Shown: piece by piece, positions 1 through 11,300 of the stretch
Layout of the letters: every line of letters begins with the position of its first letter
Numbering within the stretch: the stretch's first letter is position 1
Source: Macrostomum hystrix
Taxonomy: Eukaryota; Animalia; Platyhelminthes
Length of the DNA stretch: 64,000 bases
Direction: 5' to 3'
Assembly: GCA_950097015.1 (NCBI GenBank)
Contig: CATNEN010000001.1
Location: forward strand, 26,350,001 to 26,414,000
Translations under genes and position numbers: made by a program
Notes under the pieces: generated by a model
What the model was told of the DNA's origin: nothing
Seen by the model: the letters and a program-made list of their open reading frames with translations, nothing else
The model's database searches: none

Positions 1-492
1 TTTCAGACACCTGTTGGCAGCACTGCCGGTGTCACGGTGATTTCGGTGGATTTCACTCCTGATTGATTTATTCGACATTTTATTGCCAAACATAGGGGAA
101 AATATGACCTAAAAAATAATGACACTTGCCGTTAACTATTGCGCGATGATATGCCTGATTTTAACAAAATCAAATTTTATTTATTCGTTAATCAAGCCAT
201 CTTGCACAGGCCCAGTCACTTCTGTGAAATCAGACATCGGTTTATCTCTGATTTGGACGGTTAACTCATTAAAGCGAATATTTATGTTTGTTTGCTTGTT
301 TGTTTATTTTTTTGTTTGTTCTCTCAAAATTATATTTTAAATGTACACAAGCTGAACTGGAGTGACCTCCACTGTACACTAGACTTTTTTGCTTCTTTTT
401 TTGTGTTCCTACTCCGCTAAATATATACAATCTTCAATAAACACTTTAGAATTATGCTTTTTTTAACGAACAGAAAATAACACAAACAAACC

Positions 493-1640
493 ACTCTACT
501 CGCTTCCACCCACTCTCCTCCGCTACCTACCACAGCTACCTACCTCCGCTACCTACCACCGCTCTCCTCCGCTACCTACCACAGCTACCTACCACAGCTA
601 CCTACCACCGCTCTCCTCCGCTACCTACCACAGCTACCTACCACAGCTACCTACCACCGCTCTCCTCCGCTACCTACCACAGCTACCTACCACAGCTACC
701 TACCACCGCTCTCCTCCGCTACCTACCACAGCTACCTACCTCCGCTACCTACCACCACTCTCATCCGCTACCTACCACAGCTACCTACCTCCGCTACCTA
801 CCACCGCTCTCCTCCGCTACCTACCACAGCTACCTACCACAGCTACCTACCTCCGCTACCTACCACAGCTACCTACCTCCGCTACCTACCACAGCTACCT
901 ACCTCCGCTACCTACCTCCGCTACCTACCACCGCTCTCCTCCGCTACCTACCACAGCTACCTACCACAGCTACCTACCACAGCTACCTACCTCCGCTACC
1001 TACCACCACTCTCATCCGCTACCTACCACAGCTACCTACCTCCGCTACCTACCACCGCTCTCCTCCGCTACCTACCACAGCTACCTACCACAGCTACCTA
1101 CCTCCGCAACCTACCTCCGCTACCTACCACCGCTCTCCTCCGCTACCTACCACAGCTACCTACCACAGCTACCTACCACAGCTACCTACCTCCGCTACCT
1201 ACCACCACTCTCATCCGCTACCTACCACAGCTACCTACCTCCGCTACCTACCACCGCTCTCCTCCGCTACCTACCACAGCTACCTACCTCCGCTACCTAC
1301 CACCACTCTCCTCCGCTGCCTATCACCACTCTCCTCAGCTACCTACCACCACTCTCCTCCGCTGCCTACCACCACTCTCCTCAGCTACCTACCACCACTC
1401 TCCTCAGCTACCTACTACCACTCTCCTCAGCTACCTACCACCTCTCTCCTCAGCTACCTACCACCACTCTCCTCAGCTACCTACCACCACTCTCCTCCGC
1501 TGCCTACCACCACTCTCCTCAGCTACCTACCACCTCTCTCCTCCGCTGCCTACCACCACTCTCCTCAGCTACCTACCACCTCTCTCCTCAGATACCTACC
1601 ACCACTACCTACCACCACGGCTCTCCTCCGCTACCTATCA
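493..1640. repeat. Complex minisatellite of mixed 13-bp (GCTACCTACCACA / GCTACCTACCTCC) and 23-bp (CTACCTACCACCGCTCTCCTCCG) units
   Basis: Directly visible tandem units. The array becomes mostly 23-bp units after about 1300. Confidence 0.95.
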
Positions 1641-1799
1641 AAGCTGAGCAATGGGTCGGACAACGAGTAGCATGAAGCGGCAATGCTCATTCAAGTGTTT
1701 ATGTAAGAGGACTATTGTATATTAGTCTACTCAAAGTGCTATTTGTCCCGCGTAGCTTTTAATTAACCAGTTGTTGCAGGAGTTTTTCAATTTCCCAAT

Positions 1800-2300
1800 T
1801 TATAGCCTATCTGTGAGCTGGAATAGATTTACAAACCGGACAGGACACGAATGTAGGAATGCGAATCAGACATTGGTGTGCAAATTGGCAAGCCTGGCTT
1901 CGGTGTCACAGCTCAGAGTTATTATCGGCTGTAGTTTCTGGGAGTTTCTGTGCGGGGGAGAAGCCATAGACCCCATTCAATACAGACGGGAGCATTATCC
2001 CCCCGATTGCATACAGTGGGGTTGAGCATAGACTCAAGAGCTTTAAGCAGCACCTGGCGCACAGAACAGACCACACTGAGGAGCCTTAGCCAGTGCCGAT
2101 TCGAAATAGCGCGAACTGTAACAGCAGAGCTAGTATTATTATTGCCACTGCGGGGGGGGGAGTTTAACATTCTGTCCGCTGAGAAGTTACGAAAGTGGTC
2201 TGACAACCCCATCGGGTCTATGTACATTGCTATGTACATAGCTTGGCGGCGGTTAATAAGCCTGCAACGATTTGATTGGACATTGTACATTGACGCAGCG
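1800..2300 (-). mobile_element. Possible highly decayed non-LTR retrotransposon fragment
   Basis: Minus-strand frames, joined across frameshifts and stops, loosely recall the post-RT (R..LEYG...W..KLQ) region of LINEs. Weak. Confidence 0.2.
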
Positions 2301-2583
2301 ACTCAAATATGCTCAGTTGAAAAGAATACCTCCACCCACTCTGTCGCAACTGTTTAACTGCGTCTTGAATACTAGAATTATGCTATTTGAGTTCCTATTT
2401 ATTTCTGTGAAAAGTTCATTTACCAAACAGTTAAAGTAGATGACAAAAATAAAGATTTCCATTGAGTTAGGCTCAGCATTTTAGGGTACATCGCAGACTT
2501 CAATTATACAAAGTGACTGCCAACACAATTTACACTGGCGTCTGGTTGGTCTCTGAGCACTGCTCAATTGGCCAGCTAGCAGC

Positions 2584-2627
2584 ATGTCAACTGCACCGGC
2601 TGTCAAGGCTGAGCCGCATCCCGATCC

Positions 2628-2664
<37 letters not shown>

Positions 2665-4404
2665 GCGGGGCCCGAGCCGCCGCAGAAAATGACCCGCTAT
2701 GGGGCGATCCGCACAGACGAAGAGCCGCTGCAGCCTCCGCCGCCTCCGCCGCCACCAGCTCCACCCTTCGGCAGCAAAGTCGACAGCGTCGCCGGAGCGC
2801 TCCGCTCCTCGGCACTGCCGAAGCGTCGCCGAACCAAGGAGGAAAAACAGATGTACGAGGACAGCATCAAGGGCTTCATGGACGCTTTGCTGTCCAACAG
2901 CAGCCTGCTGGCCATCAGCAACATTGTCAAGCGGAACCACCCGGTGCTGAAGACCCTGTGGGCCATTGCCCTGTTCCTGTGTCTCATCCTGACCATCAGG
3001 CAGCTCTATAGTCTCACCAGGACATTCCTGGGCCATCCGAAGTCAACAACAATCGAGCTGTCTTACAAACCGTTCGAATTTCCATCGGTGACCATCTGCA
3101 ACCACAACCCGCTGCGCCGGTCGCTCGTTCAGCTGTCCGAGCAAGACGACCTCAGGAAATTCCTCACCAGCCTGGAGATGAGGGACTTCTCCATCGCAGA
3201 CAACGGCACGCAGCTCATGACACAGCAGAACGACTGGCTGCGCTTCCACAAGCTCATCAGCAACCACAGCATCGACAAGCGGCTGAGCATGGGCTACCAG
3301 ATGGGCGATTTCATTCTGCAGTGCAGCTTCGCCGGCAAGCGATGCGACCCTGACATGTTCAGCGTCAGCCTCAGCAAGACCTACGGCAACTGCTTCACCT
3401 TCAACGGCTGGCAGTCGGCCAAGGCCTTCGAGCGGCCGGTGGCCAAGAACGGCCGCGAGCACGGCCTGACCATGACGCTATTCCTGGAGCTGGAGGAATA
3501 CCTGCAGAACTTCATCCCCAGCGCCGGGGTCAAGGTGCAGCTGCACGAACCCGGCTCCATGGCCTTCCCCGAGTACTCCGGCTTCTCCGTGCCGCCCGGC
3601 TTCCAGTCCTCCATCGGAGTCTCCCTGAAGATGATCAGCCGACTGGACCATCTGAACGATCGCTGCGAGGACGGCGAGAAATTCTACGCCGAGTACGGCA
3701 TCAAGTACACCTTCAGCGCCTGCATGGCCAGGTGCAAGCACGAGCAGGTGAGGCTGAAGTGCGGCTGCTACGACCTGGCGAACCGGCTGTTCTACGGCCC
3801 AGCCGCAGCCCGCATGCAGCCGTGTCGCAGCGACGCCCAGCTCAGCTGCATGATCATGGTGGAGTACCTGGGCGAAGAGGGCGACCTGAACTGCAGCTGC
3901 CTACTGCCCTGCCAGGAGTCATACTACAAGTACGGCCAGTCACTGAGCGAGTGGCCAACGGACTCCTACGAGACCCGCCTGTTTGGCGACCTCATCGACG
4001 TCAAGCCAAAGATCAGCAAGCTGAAGAACGAGTCCAAGATTCTGGCGCGTCGCAACCTCCTGAACCTGCTCGTGTACATGGACGGCCTCATGACTGAGCA
4101 TGTGATCGAGAGGAATGCGTACGCCATCGACAACTACCTGTCAGACATCGGCGGCACCCTCGGCCTGTTCCTCGGCTTCTCCGTGCTGACGGGCTTCGAG
4201 CTGCTCGAGGCCACCGCGCTGGCTCTCGCGTACATCTGCGGCAAGATCATCTACCGCGACGAGGAGGAGGACGACGTGGCGGCGGCGGTGGCGCTGTCGG
4301 CCGGGTCGCCGAAAAGTCCGCTGGGCAGTCCGCGTGGCAGCGCGCGTCGCAGCAGCCGCATCGCCTCGCTGGCTGGCGCAACGCCCCACCTGCACCCGGG
4401 ATGA
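2584..4404 (+). CDS. DEG/ENaC (amiloride-sensitive, ASIC/FaNaC-like) ion channel subunit, 606 aa, single coding exon
   Basis: TM1 (LWAIALFLCLILTIRQL), FPSVTICNHNP, YGNCFTFN, GLTMTLFLE, GVKVQLHEP, Cys-rich thumb, TM2 LSDIGGTLGLFLGFSVLTGFELLE. Strong GC3 codon bias. N-terminal poly-Ala from a (GCA)n tract. Confidence 0.95.
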
Positions 4405-4824
4405 CCCGGCCTGACCAACCCCCGCTCACTCCACCCAGGTGTGGTCGTTGCTGGAGACGAGGTAAAAATTAATTTAAAAGATCAAACCCTACTTTCCAGC
4501 AACGACAACGCGCTAGTGATTTCCCCTGCCCTCATCTGGTTGCTTTCATGCGCTCTTTGCTGCTTTGGATTGCTTTTTAAAGTTCAAATGCTTGCACAAT
4601 GGATCCAGTTGGGTAAAGAGTGCTTCTCATTGGTCAGGATTCAGAGAATTGGAGATTAGGTACATTGATGATATTCTGCTATTTTCTCTATTTCGATTAT
4701 CACGTTGTTAAACTATTGAGTTTAAATTGCTTTGGATTTTTCATAATAACGGCTTTGGATAATTTGCGAACTTGTTTGAATAGGAAATTATAATTTGATC
4801 GTATGTGGTTTTAGATTACCGAAG

Positions 4825-5603
4825 ATTAGGATTATTCTGAATTTTGATTATCAGAGATTCGGATAATTAGGGATTAGGATTATCAGAGGTTAGGATCATT
4901 AGGGATTAGGATTATCAGAGATTCGGATCATTAGGGATTAGGATTATCAGAGATTCGGGTCATTGGGGATTAGGATTATCAGAGATTCGGATAATTAGGG
5001 ATTAGGATTATCAGAGATTCGGATCATTGGGGATTAGGATTATCAGAGATTCGGATCATTAGGGATTAGGATTATCAGAGATTCGGGTCATTGGGGATTA
5101 GGATTATCAGAGATTCGGTTCATTAGGGATTAGGATTATCAGAGATTTGGGTCATTGGGGATTAGGATTATCAGAGATTCGGATCATTGGGGATTAGGAT
5201 TATCAGAGATTCGGATCATTAGGGATTAGGATTATCAGAGATTCGGGTCATTGGGGATTAGGATTATCAGAGATTCGGATCATTAGGGATTAGGATTATC
5301 AGAGATTCGGATCATTAGGGATTAGGATTATCAGAGATTCGGATCATTAGGGATTAGGATTATCAGAGATTCGGATCATTAGGGATTAGGATTATCAGAG
5401 ATTCGGATCATTAGGGATTAGGATTATCAGAGATTCGGATCATTAGGGATTAGGATTATCAGAGATTCGGATCATTAGGGATTAGGATTATCAGAGATTC
5501 GGATCATTAGGGATTAGGATTATCAGAGATTCGGATCATTAGGGATTAGGATTATCAGAGATTCGGATAATTAGGGATTAGGATTATCAGAGATTCGGAT
5601 CCT
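4825..5603. repeat. 32-bp minisatellite (GGATTATCAGAGATTCGGATCATTAGGGATTA) containing TTAGGG
   Basis: About 23 tandem copies with degenerate GGATT-rich flanks. Confidence 0.95.
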
Positions 5604-6399
5604 TAGAGAAAAAGATCAATGAAAATTAGCAGCAGTCGGATTTCGATTATTAGGGATGTTTCTGGATTTGATATATTTTGGATCTGCAATATTAGGTATT
5701 TAGACTTTTTGAGATTTAGATGATTGGGGATTTGGGATTATAAGGGATTATGAATAATATGGATTTGCATTATTAGGATTTAAAAGGCTTTAAAAACAGG
5801 ATTAGAAAAATGCACGAATAATTTTATTCAACTTAAGAAATCCCAAGGTGCGTGTCAGTTAGCAACGCTTATATTCAGTTGTTTTTTAATTACCGAAATG
5901 ATTTTAAACTCACATATAGCTGCTAGTTCACTGCCACTGAATACTGAATGCTTTATTCGCACAATTTCATGAAAATTCTTAACATGCTACTTGAGCTGCC
6001 TCAGAGATATTTTATTTTTTGTTTTTTTTGTTCTTCAATGAACTCATTTTCTGCAAGGCTCAACACGGGGCACTTGGTCCATCTGCTTGACTTATTTAAC
6101 AGTTAACCATCAATCATCCACACGCGTTGATTGGCTACTTCTGTAGCCTCACCACAGCCAAAACATTCACTATTGGTTCGGCCTCATGCTTTATGTAACT
6201 ATGTTATAATGCGATTATGTAACTTGCTTTGAATATTTGGACTGGTGGGTCCAGGTTGTGTTGGGATCAATGCTATAAATTAAATATACTATTTGTTATA
6301 TTTCAGTGACATGTCATTTGGATGTCAGTTATCTATTGCTTTATGCTTTCTTGAGCTTAACCTTAAACTTGCCAAATTGGGTTGCCATCTTCTCAGCAA

Positions 6400-7137
6400 C
6401 TGTCTGTAGTTAAAACTGCTGCAATCAGCGCCAGCTCACTCAGCCACTGTCTATGGTTGAAACTGCTGCAATCAGCACCAGCTCACTCAGCCACTGTCTA
6501 TGGTTGAAACTGCTGCAATCGAACCCAATCTAACTCAGCCACTGTCTATGGTTGAAACTGCTGCAATCAGCGCCAGCTCACTCAGCCACTGTCTATGGTT
6601 GAAACTGCTGCAATCAGCGCGAGCTCACTCAGCCACTGTCTATGGTTGAAACTGCTGCAATCAGCGCGAGCTCACTCAGCCACTGTCTATGGTTGAAACT
6701 GCTGCAATCAGCGCCACTCACTCAGCCACTGTCTATGGTTGAAACTGCTGCAATCAGCGCCAGCTCACTCAGCCACTGTCTATGGTTGAAACTGCTGCAA
6801 TCAGCGCCAGCTCACTCAGCCACTGTTTGTGGTTGACACTGCTTCAATCAACCCAACCTCACTGAGCCACTGTCTATGGTTGAAACTGCTGCTATCGAAC
6901 CCAATCTCACTGAGCCACTGTCTATGGTTGAAACTGCTGCTATCGAACCCAATCTAACTCAGCCACTGTCTATGGTTGAAACTGCTGCAATCGAACCCCC
7001 ATCTTACTCGGCCACTGTTTATGGTTGAAACTGCTGCAATCGAACCCCCATCTTACTCGGCCACTGTCTATGGTTGACACTGTTGCAATCGAACCCAATC
7101 TAACTCAGCCACTGTCTATGGTTGAAACTGCTGCGAT
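6400..7137. repeat. 47-bp minisatellite (GCCACTGTCTATGGTTGAAACTGCTGCAATCAGCGCCAGCTCACTCA)
   Basis: About 15 tandem copies with two sub-variants. Confidence 0.95.
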
Positions 7138-7552
7138 TAACTAAGACAAATGTTTTTAGTTTATAGAAAATCACTCCTTCCCTAATGATATTATCTTCTG
7201 TTTTGTGGAAGTAAAGCATTCTGGCGCCGTCCACTCTGTGGTATTGACTCAGAACCAGTTGAACAGTCTACAGACTCTACACTATAAGACGAGCCCCGAG
7301 TCCAAACACAGGAAAATGCCGTGTTTGCCAACTTCTGGCCCGTTGCAAGCTAGGCTAGCTAATTGTCTTTTCTATTCAATTTCTAACCGCTATGCGCCAG
7401 CAATCCTTCATTCCATAGTGAAAGTTTGCCTCGGTTCTCAAAGCATCCCCAGTTTTCTTCTCCAGTCATGTCTGTACGACACCTTATTTAGCCTGAGCTG
7501 TTCTCAATTTATAGTCTCCGAATGCACAACATCGAACAATATACACACTAAG

Positions 7553-7709
7553 ATGATGGTGAGCTGTCTAGGCAAGACTCGAACCAACGGCGACTCTGAT
7601 CTGGCCGACGATACCTCGGCCGCGTCGAAGGCCAAAGCCAAGCAGATTGAGAAACGGATTCGACAGGAGGAGAGGAACTATGCGTCAACCTACAGACTGC
7701 TGCTGCTGG
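7553..7709 (+). CDS. GNAS: G-alpha-s alternative first coding exon 1a (MMVSCLGK...STYRLLLLG)
   Basis: Encodes an alpha-N helix ending RLLLLG with a phase-1 donor (G|GTGAGG), compatible with exon 2 at 8506. Gives an isoform of about 387 aa. Confidence 0.8.
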
Positions 7710-8228
7710 GTGAGGCTTGCGATGCGGTCTGGAATTCTGTGCTCAATATAAGCAGCGTTGTGTTGTCTGATCACTTGTCGATCAATAAACTTATTGCATA
7801 TTTCTTGACGGGGGGGTAATCAGGGTTTTCGTTTACGAATACGCCAGTCGACGTAAATAATTTCTACAAAAAATAAAAAACGCCATTCTGCTTCGCTTTA
7901 ACCACAAAACGTCGAAATAAAATTAACCAAATTAAACAAAAAATAATTGAATTATTTTCCTAATTCGTTTTAACCAGCAAGCGTCTATGTTAGCTAAGCG
8001 GCTCGCAATCTTGACGGAATTATTTTAACGCAACAAGTCATTGCTTCTTACGATAAGAAATTCAGCGAAGAAAGAAAGCGCGCCAATTTAAAATGCGAAT
8101 TTTTCTAAGAACGCATACCTTCTTAGAATTTTATTTTCTAGAAATGTAACGAAATGTAACTACATTTTAACACATTTTATTATAAACTGAAGTTACAGGG
8201 AATAATTTAAACAAAAGCTGGTCCCACA

Positions 8229-8346
8229 ATGGGCTGCTTCAATTTGAACAAACCGGACGAAGGTGAACTGCGAAGCAGAAAAATTGAGCAGAAATTGCGC
8301 AAGGAACGCGAAGAGTACAGCGGCACTCACCGCCTGCTGCTGCTGG
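8229..8346 (+). CDS. GNAS: G-alpha-s first coding exon 1b (MGCFN...THRLLLLG)
   Basis: Canonical MGC start; phase-1 donor GTGGGT at 8347. Confidence 0.9.
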
Positions 8347-11300
8347 GTGGGTTGACACCAGTCTCCACGCTTTTACTGAATGTCACGGAAGAAATCGAAT
8401 TCTTAAAACTCAAATTTTAAGACTTATTTTGATTTAGTCTGTTTGCCATTTTAAACTCATTTATTGCAAGAAATTCAGTTACACAAATCTAACAAACTGT
8501 TTTAGGAGCTGGCGAGTCCGGTAAAAGTACCATTGTGAAGCAGATGAGGATTCTGCACATCGACGGATTTAGCGCGGAGTGAGTCATTAAGAGATCGCGT
8601 ATTTCAATTGTTTGAGCCTTTCTGATTTATTATTTTAGATCTACGGATTAAGAAATAGGTTAAAGAATTGAAGCTTCAGGAAAAGAATGAAAGCTTCAGG
8701 AAAAGAATGAAAGCTTCAGGAAAAGAATGAAAGCTTCAGGAAAAGAATGAAAGCTTCAGGAAAAGAATGAAAGCTTCAGGAAAAGAATGAAAGCTTCAGG
8801 AAAAGAATGAAAGCTTCAGGAAAAGAATGAAAGCTTCAGGAAAGGAATGAAAGCTTCAGGAAAAGAATGAAAGCTTCAGGAAAAGAATGAAAGCTTCAGG
8901 AAAGGAATGAAAGCTTCAGGAAAAGAATGAAAGCTTCAGGAAAAGAATGAAAGCTTCAGGAAAAGAATGAAAGCTTCAGGAAAAGAATGAAAGCTTCAGG
9001 AAAAGAATGAAAGCTTCAGGAAAAGAATGAAAGCTTCAGGAAAAGAATGAAAGCTTCAGGAAAAGAATGAAAGCTTCAGGAAAGGAATGAAAGCTTCAGG
9101 AAAAGAATGAAAGCTTCAGGAAAAGAATGAAAGCTTCAGGAAAGGAATGAAAGCTTCAGGAAAAGAATGAAAGCTTCAGGAAAAGAATGAAAGCTTCAGG
9201 AAAAGAATGAAAGCTTCAGGAAAGGAATGAAAGCTTCAGGAAAAGAATGAAAGCTTCAGGAAAGGAATGAAAGCTTCAGGAAAAGAATGAAAGCTTCAGG
9301 AAAAGAATGAAAGCTTCAGGAAAAGAATGAAAGCTTCATGGAGAGAATCACAACTTCAGGGAAGGAATAAAAACTTCAGGAACGGAATCGAAGCCTCAGG
9401 GTAGAATGAAAACTTCAGGGAAGTAAATGAACATAATTTTTCAATGCAGTCCAGTAAATACTATTTTTTTCTTGCTTCGCAGAGAGAAGCGGCAAAAGGT
9501 TCAGGACATTCGACGCAATGTTCGCGATGCCATCTTGTCCATCACCGGCGCAATGTCCAGCCTGTCGCCGCCGGTGGAGCTGGGCGACCCCGACAACTCG
9601 GCCAGTCTGGAGTTCGTGCACAGCAATGTGGCCAGGCCTGACTTTGACTATCCCGCTGAATTCTATCGACACACGGAGCTGCTGTGGTCAGACTCCGGGG
9701 TCAGGGCGGCGTACGAGAGAGCGAACGAGTACCAGCTGATCGACTGCGCCAAGTAGTGAGTTGGGAACTCCAGAATCAAATCCCGAATGTCAAATGAAAT
9801 CCCGAATGTCCAATGAAATTCCGAATGTCGAATGGAATCCCGAATGTCCAATGAAATCCCGAATGTCAAATGAAATCCCGAATGTCCAATGAAATTCCGA
9901 ATGTCGAATGGAATCCCGAATGTCCAATGAAATCACGAATATCAAATATAATCAGAAATTTAAATGAAGCTACTGAGTATCAGTTCAGTCCAGAAATTCG
10001 TTGTCTTTAAAATCGGTTTTTATATTGTCATTATAAAAATCAGTGCACAATGCAACAAGAAACAATATTCGTGTCCAAGAGAAGCCCTTATCTCACCGGG
10101 TCTTGCAATTTCGCGTAATTTACCAAGTTTGCAAATTTGTTCTCACAGGTGTTCTGCCTCACTGAACTTCTCAAGCCCTCCCCGCGTTATCTAAAATTGA
10201 TTCTTTATTTACACTGGCTGTTATGCCAGTTCACACCTGAGAACATGCTATGGAGCTGGCTTAATTCTAGGCTTAACTACTCAGAGACCTTTCGGCCTGG
10301 CATTAAAAACACACAAAAACGAGGCATTAGAAAGTGAATTAAAATTCTTAAATAGGAAGACAGTCGTTTTAAAATTCCCATACCTTACAGGAATCCCACT
10401 TCTCTAACTATGAATTCCATACCCTCCAACCCGAATCCCACACCCTCAAACCCGAATCGCACACTCTCAAACCCGAATCCCACACTCTCAAACCCGAATC
10501 CCACACCCTCAAACCCGAATCCCACACCCTCAAACCCGAATCCCGCACTCTCAAACCCGAATCCCACACTCTCAAACCCGAATCCCACACCCTCAAACCC
10601 GAATCCCACACACTCAAACCCGAATCCGACACCCTCAAACCCGAATCCCACACTCTCAAACCCGAATCCCACACTCTCAAACCCGAATCCCACACCCTCA
10701 AACCCGAATCCCACACTCTCAAACCCGAATCCCACACCCTCAAACCAGAATCCCACACACTCAAACCCGAATCCCACACTCTCAAACCCGAATCCCACAC
10801 TCTCAAAAATCGAATACCACACCCTCAAACCCGAATCCCACACCCTCAAACCCGAGTCCCGCACTCTCAAACCCGAATCCAACACTCTCAAACCCGAATC
10901 CCACACCCTCAAACCCGAATCCGACACCCTCAAACCAGAATCCCACACACTCAAACCCGAATCCCACACACTCAAACCCGAATCCCACACCCTCAAACCC
11001 GAATCCCACACCCTCCAACCCGAATCCCACACTCTCAAACCCGAATCCAACACTCTCAAACCCGAATCCCAGACCCTCAAACCCGAATCCCACACTCTCA
11101 AAAATCGAATCCCACACTCTCAAACCCGAATCCCACACTCTCAAACCCGAATCCCACACCCTCAAACCCGAATCCCACACTCTCAAACCCGAATCCCACA
11201 CCCTCAAACCAGAATCCCACACACTCAAACCCGAATCCCACACACTCAAACCCGAATCCCACACTCTCAAACCCGAATCCGACACCCTCAAACCCGAATC

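Noticed and set aside
7205-7819. 204-aa ORF as a standalone gene
   Set aside because: Only 7553-7709 resembles G-alpha. The downstream part reads through a splice donor, and the upstream part looks like UTR, although an extension is not excluded.
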